64,000 nucleotides of DNA. It comes from Candidatus Poseidoniaceae archaeon (GTDB lineage: Archaea; Thermoplasmatota; Poseidoniia; Poseidoniales; Poseidoniaceae). The notes beneath the pieces were generated by a model. It was given only the letters and a program-made list of their open reading frames with translations. It ran no database searches and had not been told where the DNA came from. Positions within the stretch are counted from its first letter, which is position 1; each line of letters begins with the position of its first letter. The DNA is taken from positions 98,073-162,072 of the forward strand of contig CBFIJH010000004.1 in NCBI GenBank assembly GCA_965662895.1, written 5' to 3'. Below are positions 29,134 through 39,663 of the stretch, one piece after another. A program made the translations under genes and the position numbers.

Positions 29134-30270
29134 TTAGTGCAAAAGCCCCCAACTGTGCTCTGCATTTCCTCGAATCCATTCGTACATCGACGCTTGACGA
29201 AGTCCATGCTCATCTTCGATGGTGAGCGATTCAACTTCGAGAGGGTATTCGTTGTAGGTAAGGTGCGACCAAATTCCACCCCGAGTTGGTTGATGGAAAT
29301 CCCAATATGCACGCGCAACGGCGCGGACCTTCACACGGATTGAGGTTCGACCGTTCTTGAGGTGAATGTCGAAAAGCGGCAACTCATTGTCTTGCTTTTG
29401 CTTGTCAACGGTTACGATTCGAAAACGCTCGCTTCGACCGTGTTTCGCGTCGTGGAATAAGCCACCTTGACTCACAGCGATGTGCGATACATCACGACGT
29501 TTCCATGCACGAGGATCACGGCTGAGAATCGTCGTTGAAACGTGTGGTAAGAACCAATCCAAATAGGACCCATCGGAAAAGTGAAGAACGCCCCAGTACC
29601 ATGGAACGCTCGGTGCTTGAACACAGACTTTTTGGAAATAAGCTGTTCCGGTAACATCAATATGATCGATGGTTCCAGTGACCTTGGTTCCATGAAGACG
29701 AAGGATATCATATCCCAAGGAGCCGAGGTATGTTGCTGTCGCTTCGCGAGTGGTTGACATCGCTGGATTCCACGGCGTCATGTTCAATCGTATGGATTGC
29801 ACAGCATCATGGTCCAAATCGAGGTTGAGCCAGAATTGTGAGCGATCGGAATGCATGCCCATTGAACAATCACCATCGAGCAATGGAACCACAGCTCCAC
29901 CACCCTGACCTTTCGTACCTGGCCATGAAGAGTGGTTTGATGGTAGGACAATCATATCGCATACCTTAGCAATGATCTCATCGTGCATCTCCGAACCGTC
30001 AAACCACCATGCGCAGACCATACCATCAATTTGGATACCGCCTTGGTCGTCAAACCCAGGCGTCCCCTTCGGTTTCCATTCAACATCGTTGATGTGAACT
30101 TCATCGTTCTCCTTGGTCGACCAAAGGACCATCAACTGTTTCCCTGCCTTGGGGTGTTCATCATCATCAAGCATCACAAGCCACCACCACCAGTCCCATG
30201 TCAGATGTTGGATGGGTGGCCGTTGGTTCAATGTCCACAAGGTCGAGAAATCACCTTCAAAGGAATCCAT
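29134..30270 (-). CDS. Hypothetical Trp-rich beta protein, probable AttH/CrtC/tocopherol-cyclase-like fold
   Basis: TWDWWWW near the N-terminus, GTAYFQKV, PWYWG, C-terminal GNAEHSWG. Confidence 0.45.
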   Translation of the reverse strand: MDSFEGDFSTLWTLNQRPPIQHLTWDWWWWLVMLDDDEHPKAGKQLMVLWSTKENDEVHINDVEWKPKGTPGFDDQGGIQIDGMVCAWWFDGSEMHDEIIAKVCDMIVLPSNHSSWPGTKGQGGGAVVPLLDGDCSMGMHSDRSQFWLNLDLDHDAVQSIRLNMTPWNPAMSTTREATATYLGSLGYDILRLHGTKVTGTIDHIDVTGTAYFQKVCVQAPSVPWYWGVLHFSDGSYLDWFLPHVSTTILSRDPRAWKRRDVSHIAVSQGGLFHDAKHGRSERFRIVTVDKQKQDNELPLFDIHLKNGRTSIRVKVRAVARAYWDFHQPTRGGIWSHLTYNEYPLEVESLTIEDEHGLRQASMYEWIRGNAEHSWGLLH

Positions 30271-30279
30271 AAAAATCCC

Positions 30280-31614
30280 TCATACAATCTCTTTGGACTT
30301 GAAAATCAACTGCCCAATAAACCAGAAGAAGATGGCTTGAAACACGAGGACAAGGATGGAGACCACCGTTGTCGCATAGGGCCCCATTCCCAACCCAAGG
30401 TCGGATTGTGCCCATTCCAAAGCACCGTAGCCCGGAAGTTCGTTACCACTGATGAAAAAGAATGAGCCTGAGTCGTTTGAACCTCCTGCCCAAGAACCTG
30501 CTTCAGTGAACATCGCCATGTCAGGCCAGGCAAGGTAAGCGCCAGAATCAATGATGCTCATGGACCAACCAACGACCGACATTCGCAAGAAACTCGACTC
30601 CGGGACAGACATCGAAAGAAGGGCCATTCCAAGTTCCCAGGCTGCAATGGGCAGTGCCAGTATGATACCGTATTTCCACAATACGCCGAGGAATGCGAAC
30701 AACATCCCGTAAACCAATGTCGCAAGGAGGGCTGCGATGAGAATTGCGAACCACACGCCAAGGTCCCCGAACCGGTAGAACTGATCACCAGGACCCATGA
30801 ATCCTGAAACGAGCGCAAGAAGCGAGCAAACGATGAGAAGATAGGGCCAAACGATGGCAAGATAACCAAGCATACGGTAAAGGAAAATCTCACCGCGTGC
30901 GATTGGTTTTGCTGTCATGTATTGCATCGTTCCCGAGGTCATCTCGTCTCGGATTAAGCCCGTAGCAAGGAAAAGAGGAATGAAAATACTCAGCAAGAAC
31001 ACAAATCCAAGCTTGCCGATACCAAGAATAAACGCTCGATGTTGAGCTTCCTTTCCATACCGGTCTTCGTCGGGGTCTTCGTCAACGTTTGGATCTGCTA
31101 AAATCGAATACGAACCACTCATGGAATCGTATTGCAAAAGAATGTTGCAAGGCGTACCGTCCCCGTTTGAGTCCTGTTGACTCGGAAGAAGATTCTGCTC
31201 CAAGCAATCGCCATCATCATCATATCCAACGCGAACGGATGAGGCATCGGAGTAATCCCAGTCATAATCGTCCTCATTGATGTACATCGAAGCAGGTTCA
31301 GGCTCGATGGAAGCATCAAGGAGTCCAGGATGCGAAAATTCGTCATAAATGTCGGTTCCATATTTGAGTTCTTGACCGTTTACATAGCCATCACCATCCC
31401 AATCAAAGGAATCGCCGTCGTTGTCGATGGCTTCAATTTCGGTGTTCATCGCATCGATGTAGAACAGTAAGACAACGGAAAGAGCAAGGAATCCTACACC
31501 GAGCACAACCCACGTCGAGAGTCGAGTGCGATACTGGCGAATTGTAAACTCTGCAAGTGCAGTTGCCTTTCGATCGAGTGATGTCCAAATGGTCTCTCCT
31601 CGTTTCTTTTCCAT
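30280..31614 (-). CDS. ABC-2 type exporter permease with Asp-rich (Ca-binding-like) extracellular loop
   Basis: IRDEMTSGTMQYMTAKPIAR permease motif; DNDGD, DWDGDG, DDDGD, DSNGDG after TM1. Confidence 0.75.
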   Translation of the reverse strand: MEKKRGETIWTSLDRKATALAEFTIRQYRTRLSTWVVLGVGFLALSVVLLFYIDAMNTEIEAIDNDGDSFDWDGDGYVNGQELKYGTDIYDEFSHPGLLDASIEPEPASMYINEDDYDWDYSDASSVRVGYDDDGDCLEQNLLPSQQDSNGDGTPCNILLQYDSMSGSYSILADPNVDEDPDEDRYGKEAQHRAFILGIGKLGFVFLLSIFIPLFLATGLIRDEMTSGTMQYMTAKPIARGEIFLYRMLGYLAIVWPYLLIVCSLLALVSGFMGPGDQFYRFGDLGVWFAILIAALLATLVYGMLFAFLGVLWKYGIILALPIAAWELGMALLSMSVPESSFLRMSVVGWSMSIIDSGAYLAWPDMAMFTEAGSWAGGSNDSGSFFFISGNELPGYGALEWAQSDLGLGMGPYATTVVSILVLVFQAIFFWFIGQLIFKSKEIV

Positions 31615-32603
31615 CAGCGTACACCTCCTGTGAGGTAACCTAAAATCGACTGAAGGTCGTCATCGGGGTTGTTGATCACCATGACATCGTGTTCATTGTC
31701 AACGATGATTTTGGGCAAACGTTGGTGAAATTCACCAAGATGATGTGTGAATATTTTCAATTTGGTTGGCGTTGGAAATTGAAGACCATGAACGACTTCA
31801 AGACTGAGGACATCCTTCGCCAACGATTTCGCATTCCTGCATTCAATTTCAATCGTATGCGGAATGTTGTCAAGTTGCTCACGAATCGCGTGAAGATTGC
31901 CTATGGCGAGCAACTTTCCTTGATGCAGAATCACGATCTGTTCGGTGATTCGTTCGATTTCAGAGAGTATGTGGCTGCTGAGCAATACGGTTCGACCCAT
32001 TCGACCAAGCTCCCGGATGACGTTCATAATCGTAGTACGAGCAAGCGGATCACAACCTTGCAAAGGCTCGTCTAGGATGATAAGTTCGGGATCGTTCACC
32101 AATGCATGAGCAATCTTTGCTCGCTGTCGCATCCCCTTCGAATAACGACCGAGCTTTTTGTGCATGACATCCGTTAGGCCAACAAACTCGAGAACTCGTT
32201 CAGCTTCTGCTTTTGCTTCGTCTCTCGTAAGGCCATGAAGTCGTGCGAACGTCGAAACAAATTCATGCGCAGTCATCCAATCGTACATGTTTTCGTTCTC
32301 TGGAACATACCCGACTCGTGCATAAGGTGCAGGATTTTTCCATGGGTTTGTACCAAACAACCGGACTTCACCATGCGTCGGCTGAAGTTTGCCCATTAGC
32401 AACTTGAACAGCGTTGATTTTCCAGCACCATTTAATCCCAAAATCCCTGTAACTCCACCGCTCAGCGCCAGCGATATGCCGCCAATGGCTTGGTAGCGAC
32501 CGTACGTCTTTCCGACGTTGTTGAACATCACAACCGGTGCTTTTGGTTGAGGAACCCACTTCTGTTCCTCTGCTTTTCCTTCCTGTGCAAGATCGGGTAT
32601 CAT
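31614..32603 (-). CDS. ABC exporter ATP-binding protein
   Basis: GLNGAGKST, YSKGMRQR, LDEP, SSHIL. Confidence 0.9.
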   Translation of the reverse strand: MIPDLAQEGKAEEQKWVPQPKAPVVMFNNVGKTYGRYQAIGGISLALSGGVTGILGLNGAGKSTLFKLLMGKLQPTHGEVRLFGTNPWKNPAPYARVGYVPENENMYDWMTAHEFVSTFARLHGLTRDEAKAEAERVLEFVGLTDVMHKKLGRYSKGMRQRAKIAHALVNDPELIILDEPLQGCDPLARTTIMNVIRELGRMGRTVLLSSHILSEIERITEQIVILHQGKLLAIGNLHAIREQLDNIPHTIEIECRNAKSLAKDVLSLEVVHGLQFPTPTKLKIFTHHLGEFHQRLPKIIVDNEHDVMVINNPDDDLQSILGYLTGGVR

Positions 32604-33604
32604 TCGCGAGTCACCTCCATGGATGAAACACGTACGCTCAAAACATACAACGCAATGGCGTTAATGGCAATGACCGAAGCGAGGGACCAAATCCAAGGAT
32701 GGTCATACATTACATTCGTACCAATGAGCGCTTGCCCGACGTGGGCAACAGAGTCGTACGGCGAGATAAGGTAGAGAATTGAACGGTCAAACAATCCCTC
32801 GACAATTGCTGCGAGAGTTTTCGTCCCCAAAAGGAGAGCCAGAAGCGCAATTCCCGGAAAGAATTTTCCTCGTGAGACTGAGGAGAGAGCCAGACCAAGA
32901 CTGGTGTACGTTGCAATGAGAAGGAGCGCGCAAAACAAGGTTTTCAAGAACAATGGGAAGGTATCGAGAATCCATGACCAGCCCCTTCCCATCGCTAAAA
33001 TATCAACAAAATAGTACAAAAACAACGTTCCAATGATGATAAACGACTGAATCGTCGCAACGGCGAGATATTTCATTCCAGCATAATCAAAGCGGTTGAT
33101 GGGTCGTGAGAAATACAGAGCACTTGTTCCGTTTGAGCGATCTTCTGAAATCACACCACCAACCAACAGAGCTGCAACCAATGGATAGAACAACATATTT
33201 CTTGGGAAAAAGCCGAGCACGTGTCCGTACAAATTGTTTCGACCTACGCCCCACAACTCATACAAATTCGGCTCACCGATGACAGCAAAGAGGAGCGTTA
33301 AGGCGACATCGGTCATCGATGCGATCAAAACAAAGATCAAAACGAGTTTTGTTGGTACACCCCAAGGCCGATGCCCTTTACGGACAATTCCAAGAACGTG
33401 ATGGCGGAATATGGCCCAATTTCGCATCCACCGTGGATTGAGTGTACCTTGCCATGGAACGTAGACTTGCTCAAACACTTGGCCGGTTTGAGCAACGGGT
33501 TGAGCAACGGCTGCTTGTTCGCTCGATTCCGAGCCCCAGGCCGCATCCATTCGGCTTTGACCGGTGACCGGTGTTGAAGCATCGATAAGAGGTTCTTCCG
33601 TCAT
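32600..33604 (-). CDS. ABC-2 type exporter permease
   Basis: ISEDRSNGTSALYFSRPINRFDY; 6 TMs. Confidence 0.8.
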   Translation of the reverse strand: MTEEPLIDASTPVTGQSRMDAAWGSESSEQAAVAQPVAQTGQVFEQVYVPWQGTLNPRWMRNWAIFRHHVLGIVRKGHRPWGVPTKLVLIFVLIASMTDVALTLLFAVIGEPNLYELWGVGRNNLYGHVLGFFPRNMLFYPLVAALLVGGVISEDRSNGTSALYFSRPINRFDYAGMKYLAVATIQSFIIIGTLFLYYFVDILAMGRGWSWILDTFPLFLKTLFCALLLIATYTSLGLALSSVSRGKFFPGIALLALLLGTKTLAAIVEGLFDRSILYLISPYDSVAHVGQALIGTNVMYDHPWIWSLASVIAINAIALYVLSVRVSSMEVTRE

Positions 33605-34611
33605 GCACCAGAACCTCCCATAGACTCTGGAGCATCGACTTTTCGAGCCTCAGCAGGCGATGCGAGGAGGTCTTCACTCGATTTCACTTCGTATCCAAAA
33701 CGTTCCATGATGACGATGAAAAGGTCTTCAAGCGATGCTTCGTATTCGTGCATTCGACGAATTTGGGCACCCGTTTCTGCAGCACATTTGAGAATTCGGT
33801 GCGTCGTCTTTTCACCATCGTGGCGAACACGCATCATACGTCCTTCTCGACGGACCTCGAGCCCTTCTTTTCCAAGTGCTGTTTCAAGTTCACGCGTTTT
33901 CCCCCAAACGTGAATTTCAATTTCACGATCGATGGCTTTCAAATCCTCAATTCTTCCCTGAGCTGCAAGTTTTCCTTTGTGCAACAGAACAATGTTTTCG
34001 CATACTTGCTCAACATCTTCCATTAAATGGCTCGCCATGAGAACGGACCTCTTTCCTGCATTCACCATGTTCGAGAGCGTAGTAAGCATCGCTTGTCTCG
34101 AATCGGCATCAAGACCGTTTGATGGTTCATCGGCAATGATCAATTGGGGGTCATGAATAATGGAGCACGCCAATTTTGTCGCTTGTTTCATACCCGTTGA
34201 GAAGGAAGAAATCGGGCGATAGCGTAATTCTCCGAGCCCGACGTACTCCATCGCTGTGTGCGCTCTGGACATCGCAACAACTGGGTTCATTCCCAGCAAT
34301 TCCCCGCTGTACCTTACTTGATGGATGGCGTCCATATCATCGTCTAGCGCATCGTATTCAGGCATGTAGCCAATTTTTGAACGGATGGCCATGCCTTCCG
34401 TACGGATATCGTGACCGAGAACACGGCCATCCCCAGATGTGGCCTGTATAAGGCCAAGAATGGTCTTGAAAAACGTCGATTTTCCTGCTCCATTTGGACC
34501 GAGGAGACCCGTTGCACCTGGTTGGACTTGAATACTCAAATTGTCAAGAGCAACATGAGGACCATACGATTTGGTCAACTGCGTCGTCTCGATAATGAGT
34601 TCATTCGACAT
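33601..34611 (-). CDS. ABC exporter ATP-binding protein
   Basis: GPNGAGKST, FSTGMKQ, ADEP, ASHL. Confidence 0.9.
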   Translation of the reverse strand: MSNELIIETTQLTKSYGPHVALDNLSIQVQPGATGLLGPNGAGKSTFFKTILGLIQATSGDGRVLGHDIRTEGMAIRSKIGYMPEYDALDDDMDAIHQVRYSGELLGMNPVVAMSRAHTAMEYVGLGELRYRPISSFSTGMKQATKLACSIIHDPQLIIADEPSNGLDADSRQAMLTTLSNMVNAGKRSVLMASHLMEDVEQVCENIVLLHKGKLAAQGRIEDLKAIDREIEIHVWGKTRELETALGKEGLEVRREGRMMRVRHDGEKTTHRILKCAAETGAQIRRMHEYEASLEDLFIVIMERFGYEVKSSEDLLASPAEARKVDAPESMGGSGA

Positions 34612-34662
34612 TGTTCCCATTGGAGACACGGAAAGGAAGTCTTTCAATCCTTTTACACATGG

Positions 34663-36906
34663 TTACTTGAATGTCTTGGAAAAATCACTGCGTGTTCGCA
34701 CAGCAATGCCTTTCTTGAAACGTCGTGCTTCATCGGCGTCGCACTGAGCAAGCCCGTGTCCAATCAACACCCCTTGCTCATCTGCAATGAGGCATTGTTG
34801 ACCGGCTTTGAGCCATGCATCACATGTTACGATAAATCCGTGGAAAACGTTTCGCCCACGCAACACGAATTCAACAGCATCCTGTTCAACGACGAGGATC
34901 GGAAGACCTTGCCCCACCCCGTCATTTGGTTTGAAGAAGCCATCCTCCGAAATCGGAATGGAACGACGTTCGTACATGGCTTTCGCTCCCAAATCCGTAA
35001 TAGATAAGCCTCCATCGGTCAATCTTGGACTCAATATGTGATTTCCATGTCGATCGATGACATTTTTCACTCGTCCCGTTCCACCGATGACAAACGTGCA
35101 AGAATCAATCAGTTCATCAGCCTCATCGTAATCGACGTTTGCCAACACTGCGAGTTTGTCGAGAATTTGTCGACGACGCAGCTCGTCACGAAGTGTGGCC
35201 AGTTCTGATTCATCGACGAGGATTTGGTCTTCAAGTAGACCGTGCTTCAACAAAAGTTTAGAGGCTTGTTGGATAAGTGCATCTTGGCCAATGTCCAAGA
35301 TGAGAATCCGGTCTGCATCGATGTGCAACCGCTTGGTTTCCTCTCGCAAAAGGACTGGATTCAATCGGCGCTTCCACAACCACGTCGGTCCATCGATTTG
35401 GCCAAACGGATTCAAATCTTCCAGTGAATATGGCAAGAGTCCGATGGGTGTCTGAACGAGAATTTCAAGTTCGGGCAACACATGTTTCAAGCGCGCAACA
35501 AGAAGGTCACAACGTTGCCGCCAAGGACCAGGTTTGCCATTCAGGACCAAGACATCAACTGGACCAGATGTTTGTGGCCGCCAGCGATGTTGCAGATGCT
35601 TCCGAGCTGCGAGGATGTACGGCCGAGAGAGTGTATCTTCGCCGCCCCAACGTTCGCCTTTCTTTCGCTGTAAGGCTTGTTTGTTCACGATGTGAGACCA
35701 ATCGGATTCCCACAGACCTCCACTTGGGTGATGTTCGCGGGCGGCTGTTCGGTCGTCCTGAACCAAATCATCCAACAATTCGGACGAAAGGCCCGAGGGG
35801 AGTGGCCGTGTTGTAAGCCAAAGGAACGCTTCTCTGAGCGCAGGGTGTTGATGACTACGTTGTTCAGCAAGTTGCCAAATCGTTCCTTCAAACACAGCCT
35901 GTTTGCATCGAGAAAGTTCAGCCAAGGTCACTTCGAGGTTGTACTTTGCAAGAAGTGTGGTTCGCTCATCATCATCCAATTTCCGAACATCTTCTGGCGT
36001 CCAATTGACGATGCAGGGAACCAATTCTGGCCATGCATGAAGGTCGTTCAATCGGTAGGTTCCTTGCGGTGAAAGCAAGCGATCATCTCGAGCGAACAAA
36101 GCATATGCTGCAGAATCAAACAAGTCTGCACCGAGCGCAATGAGCATCGAAAACAGCATGGGATGTCCACAACCAAACATGTGACGTGGACGTTCAGGAG
36201 GGAGCTCGCCAATCGTTGCAAGCATAATTTTTGCCAGGTCTTTGTAGCGATGCTTCTCCATAATAGGAACGATTCCCCCGATTGGGTGAATTGCAAAATC
36301 AAATCGTCCCATTTCGCGAGCGGAGTGTTTTCGCAAATCGCGATACGTTCCTCCTTGTATCGGTCCGTTGAGCATGACATGTTCTGCTGCATTGAGTGAA
36401 GCTTCACAACGTTCAATGGTTGTTTCAACTGCTTTTTGGACTTCATTTTCCGTCATATCTGGCCGGCTGAATACATCGAGCATGGTTGCGATATCAACGC
36501 CAATACTGCGTTGAAATTCGACGATTTCCTCAACACCGACCTCAACGTCCCCATATACATAGGATTGGAACGTGCCCGAGTCGGTCATGACAACGCCGGG
36601 AAAATTTAGCAAGTCATGGACGCCTTTTTCGACTGCATGACGCTTGAGGTCGTCGTGTTTCCAAATGATGTAGGAATTCGTGATCAATCCTTGAATTCCG
36701 TAGCGATCCCACATCTCTCTCGGTTCAATTGTTCGGATGTTTGGATTGATGACGGGCAACAACGCAGGCGTTTCAAGAACGCCGTGAGCGGTATGGAGTT
36801 TCCCGATGCGGGCACAGCCGTCTCGGGCGACAATCTCAAACTTTCCACAGTCGACCTCTCGACTCGGCTCGGGATTCTCTCTCGAGGCGTCCATCCATGC
36901 AGTCAT
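34663..36906 (-). CDS. tgtA: tRNA-guanine(15) transglycosylase (archaeosine TGT) with C-terminal PUA domain
   Basis: ETPALLPVINP, ITNSYII, MTDSGTFQ, HPIGGIVP, HMFGCGHP, DLFDSAAY; PUA-like GRNVFHGFI...GIAVRTR. GGAGG RBS before 36906. Confidence 0.92.
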   Translation of the reverse strand: MTAWMDASRENPEPSREVDCGKFEIVARDGCARIGKLHTAHGVLETPALLPVINPNIRTIEPREMWDRYGIQGLITNSYIIWKHDDLKRHAVEKGVHDLLNFPGVVMTDSGTFQSYVYGDVEVGVEEIVEFQRSIGVDIATMLDVFSRPDMTENEVQKAVETTIERCEASLNAAEHVMLNGPIQGGTYRDLRKHSAREMGRFDFAIHPIGGIVPIMEKHRYKDLAKIMLATIGELPPERPRHMFGCGHPMLFSMLIALGADLFDSAAYALFARDDRLLSPQGTYRLNDLHAWPELVPCIVNWTPEDVRKLDDDERTTLLAKYNLEVTLAELSRCKQAVFEGTIWQLAEQRSHQHPALREAFLWLTTRPLPSGLSSELLDDLVQDDRTAAREHHPSGGLWESDWSHIVNKQALQRKKGERWGGEDTLSRPYILAARKHLQHRWRPQTSGPVDVLVLNGKPGPWRQRCDLLVARLKHVLPELEILVQTPIGLLPYSLEDLNPFGQIDGPTWLWKRRLNPVLLREETKRLHIDADRILILDIGQDALIQQASKLLLKHGLLEDQILVDESELATLRDELRRRQILDKLAVLANVDYDEADELIDSCTFVIGGTGRVKNVIDRHGNHILSPRLTDGGLSITDLGAKAMYERRSIPISEDGFFKPNDGVGQGLPILVVEQDAVEFVLRGRNVFHGFIVTCDAWLKAGQQCLIADEQGVLIGHGLAQCDADEARRFKKGIAVRTRSDFSKTFK

Positions 36907-36932
36907 ACAACGACCTCCTGAACCTTTGCTTT

Positions 36933-37397
36933 TCAATTGCCCGATGATGCATCAACGAATTCCACGTTTCCATGAGCGAGGATGAACTCTCGACCAAGTT
37001 CATCAAACGTGTCGAGCAACGTTGAAGAAAACCGAATTCGAGCGATTTCAGAATCCTTCTCCAAGTCATCGCGAACCCCTTGAAGCGTTCCTGGTGCAGC
37101 CCCACACGAGAGACAAGCGCCCGTGAGATCGAGAACAAAATCGAATCCATCCTCGGTCTTGTCCCACATCGATACTGCGATACCCCCTCCGTGTCCATCA
37201 AGTGCTGCTCGAACCGGTCCCAACCTGGAAAGCAACACGGGGACGATGTGTTCTGTTTCGACGACATCCTCGATTCGAGTGTTTCTCAATCGGGCCTCTT
37301 CCTCTGCGTCGGTTTGTTCTGCAATGCGACGCTGTGCTTCTTGTTCCATGGCCTTCTGCGCCTCAAGGGCATAGGCCCGAACCAAATCGTCGTCCAT
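36933..37397 (-). CDS. NifU/NfuA C-terminal domain Fe-S carrier
   Basis: VRAALDGHGGGI, LTGACLSC..A..TL. Divergent from the suf operon. Confidence 0.85.
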   Translation of the reverse strand: MDDDLVRAYALEAQKAMEQEAQRRIAEQTDAEEEARLRNTRIEDVVETEHIVPVLLSRLGPVRAALDGHGGGIAVSMWDKTEDGFDFVLDLTGACLSCGAAPGTLQGVRDDLEKDSEIARIRFSSTLLDTFDELGREFILAHGNVEFVDASSGN

Positions 37398-37500
37398 ACC
37401 GTGGCCTAACTGCGGTGGTGTTTGAAATGTTGCAAAGCAGTGGTATCGTGATAGATTGCATCCATTGATAAGGGGGAGACGGTACCAAGGAACAGGTGAG

Positions 37501-38247
37501 ATGATGACGGAAGACCTGTTGCGTGTTGAAAACCTTCACGTATCTGTTGGGGACACACCAATCATTCAGGGAATAAGCCTCGACATCAAACGAGGAGAAA
37601 TTCACGCCATCATGGGCAGAAACGGAGCCGGAAAGTCCACACTTGCGAACGTTGTCATGGGTCATCCAGCGTACAACATCACCGAAGGAAGCGTCCACTA
37701 CAAAGGTCAAAACATTGAGGATATGGAAGTCTTCGAGCGGGCCCGTGCAGGGATGTTTCTCTCGTTCCAATACCCTGCCGCAATCCCGGGAGTTCAGGTT
37801 GGAACCTTCTTGCGAAAATCGGTTGCTTCTGTCCGAGGCGAAGCCCCTTCTCCACGAGAGTTTCGAAAGGAACTCAACCAAGCTATGAACCAACTCAACA
37901 TGGACAAATCCTTCTTGTCACGCTATGTCAACGACGGATTCAGCGGGGGAGAAAAAAAGCGACTTGAAATTCTTCAAATGCTGCTGCTTCAGCCGGACCT
38001 TGCTCTCCTCGATGAAACCGATTCGGGACTCGATATCGATGCATTACGAATCGTTGCAGAGGGCATCAATGCTGTCGCAGAGAACACTGGATGTCTCATC
38101 ATCACCCACTATCAACGACTTTTGGACCTGGTGAAACCGGATGTTGTTCACGTGATGATCGATGGAAAATTTGTCGAAAGTGGTGGCCCTGAGTTGGCAC
38201 TTAAACTCGAAAAGGAAGGATACGATTGGGCTGACGCCCTTGCCTGA
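37501..38247 (+). CDS. sufC: Fe-S assembly ATPase SufC
   Basis: GRNGAGKST, FQYP, VNDGFSGGEKKR, LDETDSGLD, ITHYQRLL. GGTGAG RBS. Confidence 0.95.
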   Translation: MMTEDLLRVENLHVSVGDTPIIQGISLDIKRGEIHAIMGRNGAGKSTLANVVMGHPAYNITEGSVHYKGQNIEDMEVFERARAGMFLSFQYPAAIPGVQVGTFLRKSVASVRGEAPSPREFRKELNQAMNQLNMDKSFLSRYVNDGFSGGEKKRLEILQMLLLQPDLALLDETDSGLDIDALRIVAEGINAVAENTGCLIITHYQRLLDLVKPDVVHVMIDGKFVESGGPELALKLEKEGYDWADALA

Positions 38248-38253
38248 GGTGAT

Positions 38254-39663
38254 ATGGTGACACAAGAAGCACAAGACGCCGTTGGTGATTACAAATATGG
38301 ATTTCATGACCCTGAAGCTGCAACGATTCGTTTCGACAAGGGTCTGAGTGAACAGGTCGTTCGAGACATTTCGGAATTAAAGGGAGAACCAGAATGGATG
38401 ACCGACCTTCGCGTCAAAGCCTATCATCACTTCATGGAGCGGGAGATGCCAACGTGGGGCAATTGCGATTCATTGGCAGGGATCAACTTTGACAACGTGA
38501 CCTATTTCCTCCGTTCTTCGGATAAAACCGAAAAAGATTGGGACGATGTTCCCGATGACATCAAGCGGACCTTTGACCGACTCGGTATTCCTGAAGCTGA
38601 GCAGAAATGGCTCGGTGGCGTAACCGCCCAATACGAAAGCGAAGCCGTGTACCACTCAATCCGTGAAGACCTCGAAGAACAAGGAGTTCTCTTCCTCGAC
38701 ATGGATTCAGGCCTCAAAGAATACCCCGAAATCATCAAGAAATATTTTGGCACCGTTATTCCACATACTGACAACAAATTCTCAGCACTCAACACAGCAG
38801 TTTGGTCTGGTGGATCGTTCATCTATGTCCCCAAAGGCGTCCACGTCGAATTGCCCGTACAGGCCTACTTCCGCATCAATGCCAAGAACATGGGTCAATT
38901 TGAGCGAACGTTGATCATTGCCGATGAGGGCTCGTCAATCCATTACGTCGAAGGATGCACTGCACCGACGTATTCAACCGACTCCCTCCATTCAGCCGTC
39001 GTCGAGTTGATTGCCATGGAAGGTGCAAAGATTCGTTACTCAACCGTCCAAAATTGGTCAGCGAACGTGTACAATCTCGTTACAAAGCGTGGCGTTGCTC
39101 ACAAGAATGCGACGGTTGAATGGGTTGACGGAAACATCGGCTCAAAGTTAACGATGAAATATCCTGCAGTGTTGCTCAAAGGCGAAGGTGCCCACGCTGA
39201 AGTGATTTCTGTCGCCTATGCTGGTGAAGGACAACACCAAGATGCTGGCGCCAAAGTCCATCACCTCGCCCCGAATACAACGTCCAACATTCTGTCAAAA
39301 TCCATCTCAAAGAACGGCGGTCGTTCCTCATACCGAGGTATGCTTCAAGTGACACCAAAGGCGTCAGGATGTCGCTCAAAAGTCGTTTGTGATGCCTTGA
39401 TGCTCGACGAACATAGTCGTAGCGACACCTATCCTACGATGGAGATTGGAAATTCTTCCGCAGACCTTGAACATGAGGCAAGCGTCTCGAAAGTCTCTGG
39501 CGACCAGCTCTTCTATCTTATGAGCAGAGGCCATACCGAAGAAGAGGCCATGGGCATGATTGTGAATGGATTCTTTGAGCCGTTTACTCGTGAACTTCCG
39601 ATGGAATATGCTGTCGAATTGAACCGACTCTTGGAATTGGAAATGGAGGGCTCGATTGGATGA
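38254..39663 (+). CDS. sufB: Fe-S assembly protein SufB
   Basis: [50 protein letters not shown]. Confidence 0.96.
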   Translation: MVTQEAQDAVGDYKYGFHDPEAATIRFDKGLSEQVVRDISELKGEPEWMTDLRVKAYHHFMEREMPTWGNCDSLAGINFDNVTYFLRSSDKTEKDWDDVPDDIKRTFDRLGIPEAEQKWLGGVTAQYESEAVYHSIREDLEEQGVLFLDMDSGLKEYPEIIKKYFGTVIPHTDNKFSALNTAVWSGGSFIYVPKGVHVELPVQAYFRINAKNMGQFERTLIIADEGSSIHYVEGCTAPTYSTDSLHSAVVELIAMEGAKIRYSTVQNWSANVYNLVTKRGVAHKNATVEWVDGNIGSKLTMKYPAVLLKGEGAHAEVISVAYAGEGQHQDAGAKVHHLAPNTTSNILSKSISKNGGRSSYRGMLQVTPKASGCRSKVVCDALMLDEHSRSDTYPTMEIGNSSADLEHEASVSKVSGDQLFYLMSRGHTEEEAMGMIVNGFFEPFTRELPMEYAVELNRLLELEMEGSIG

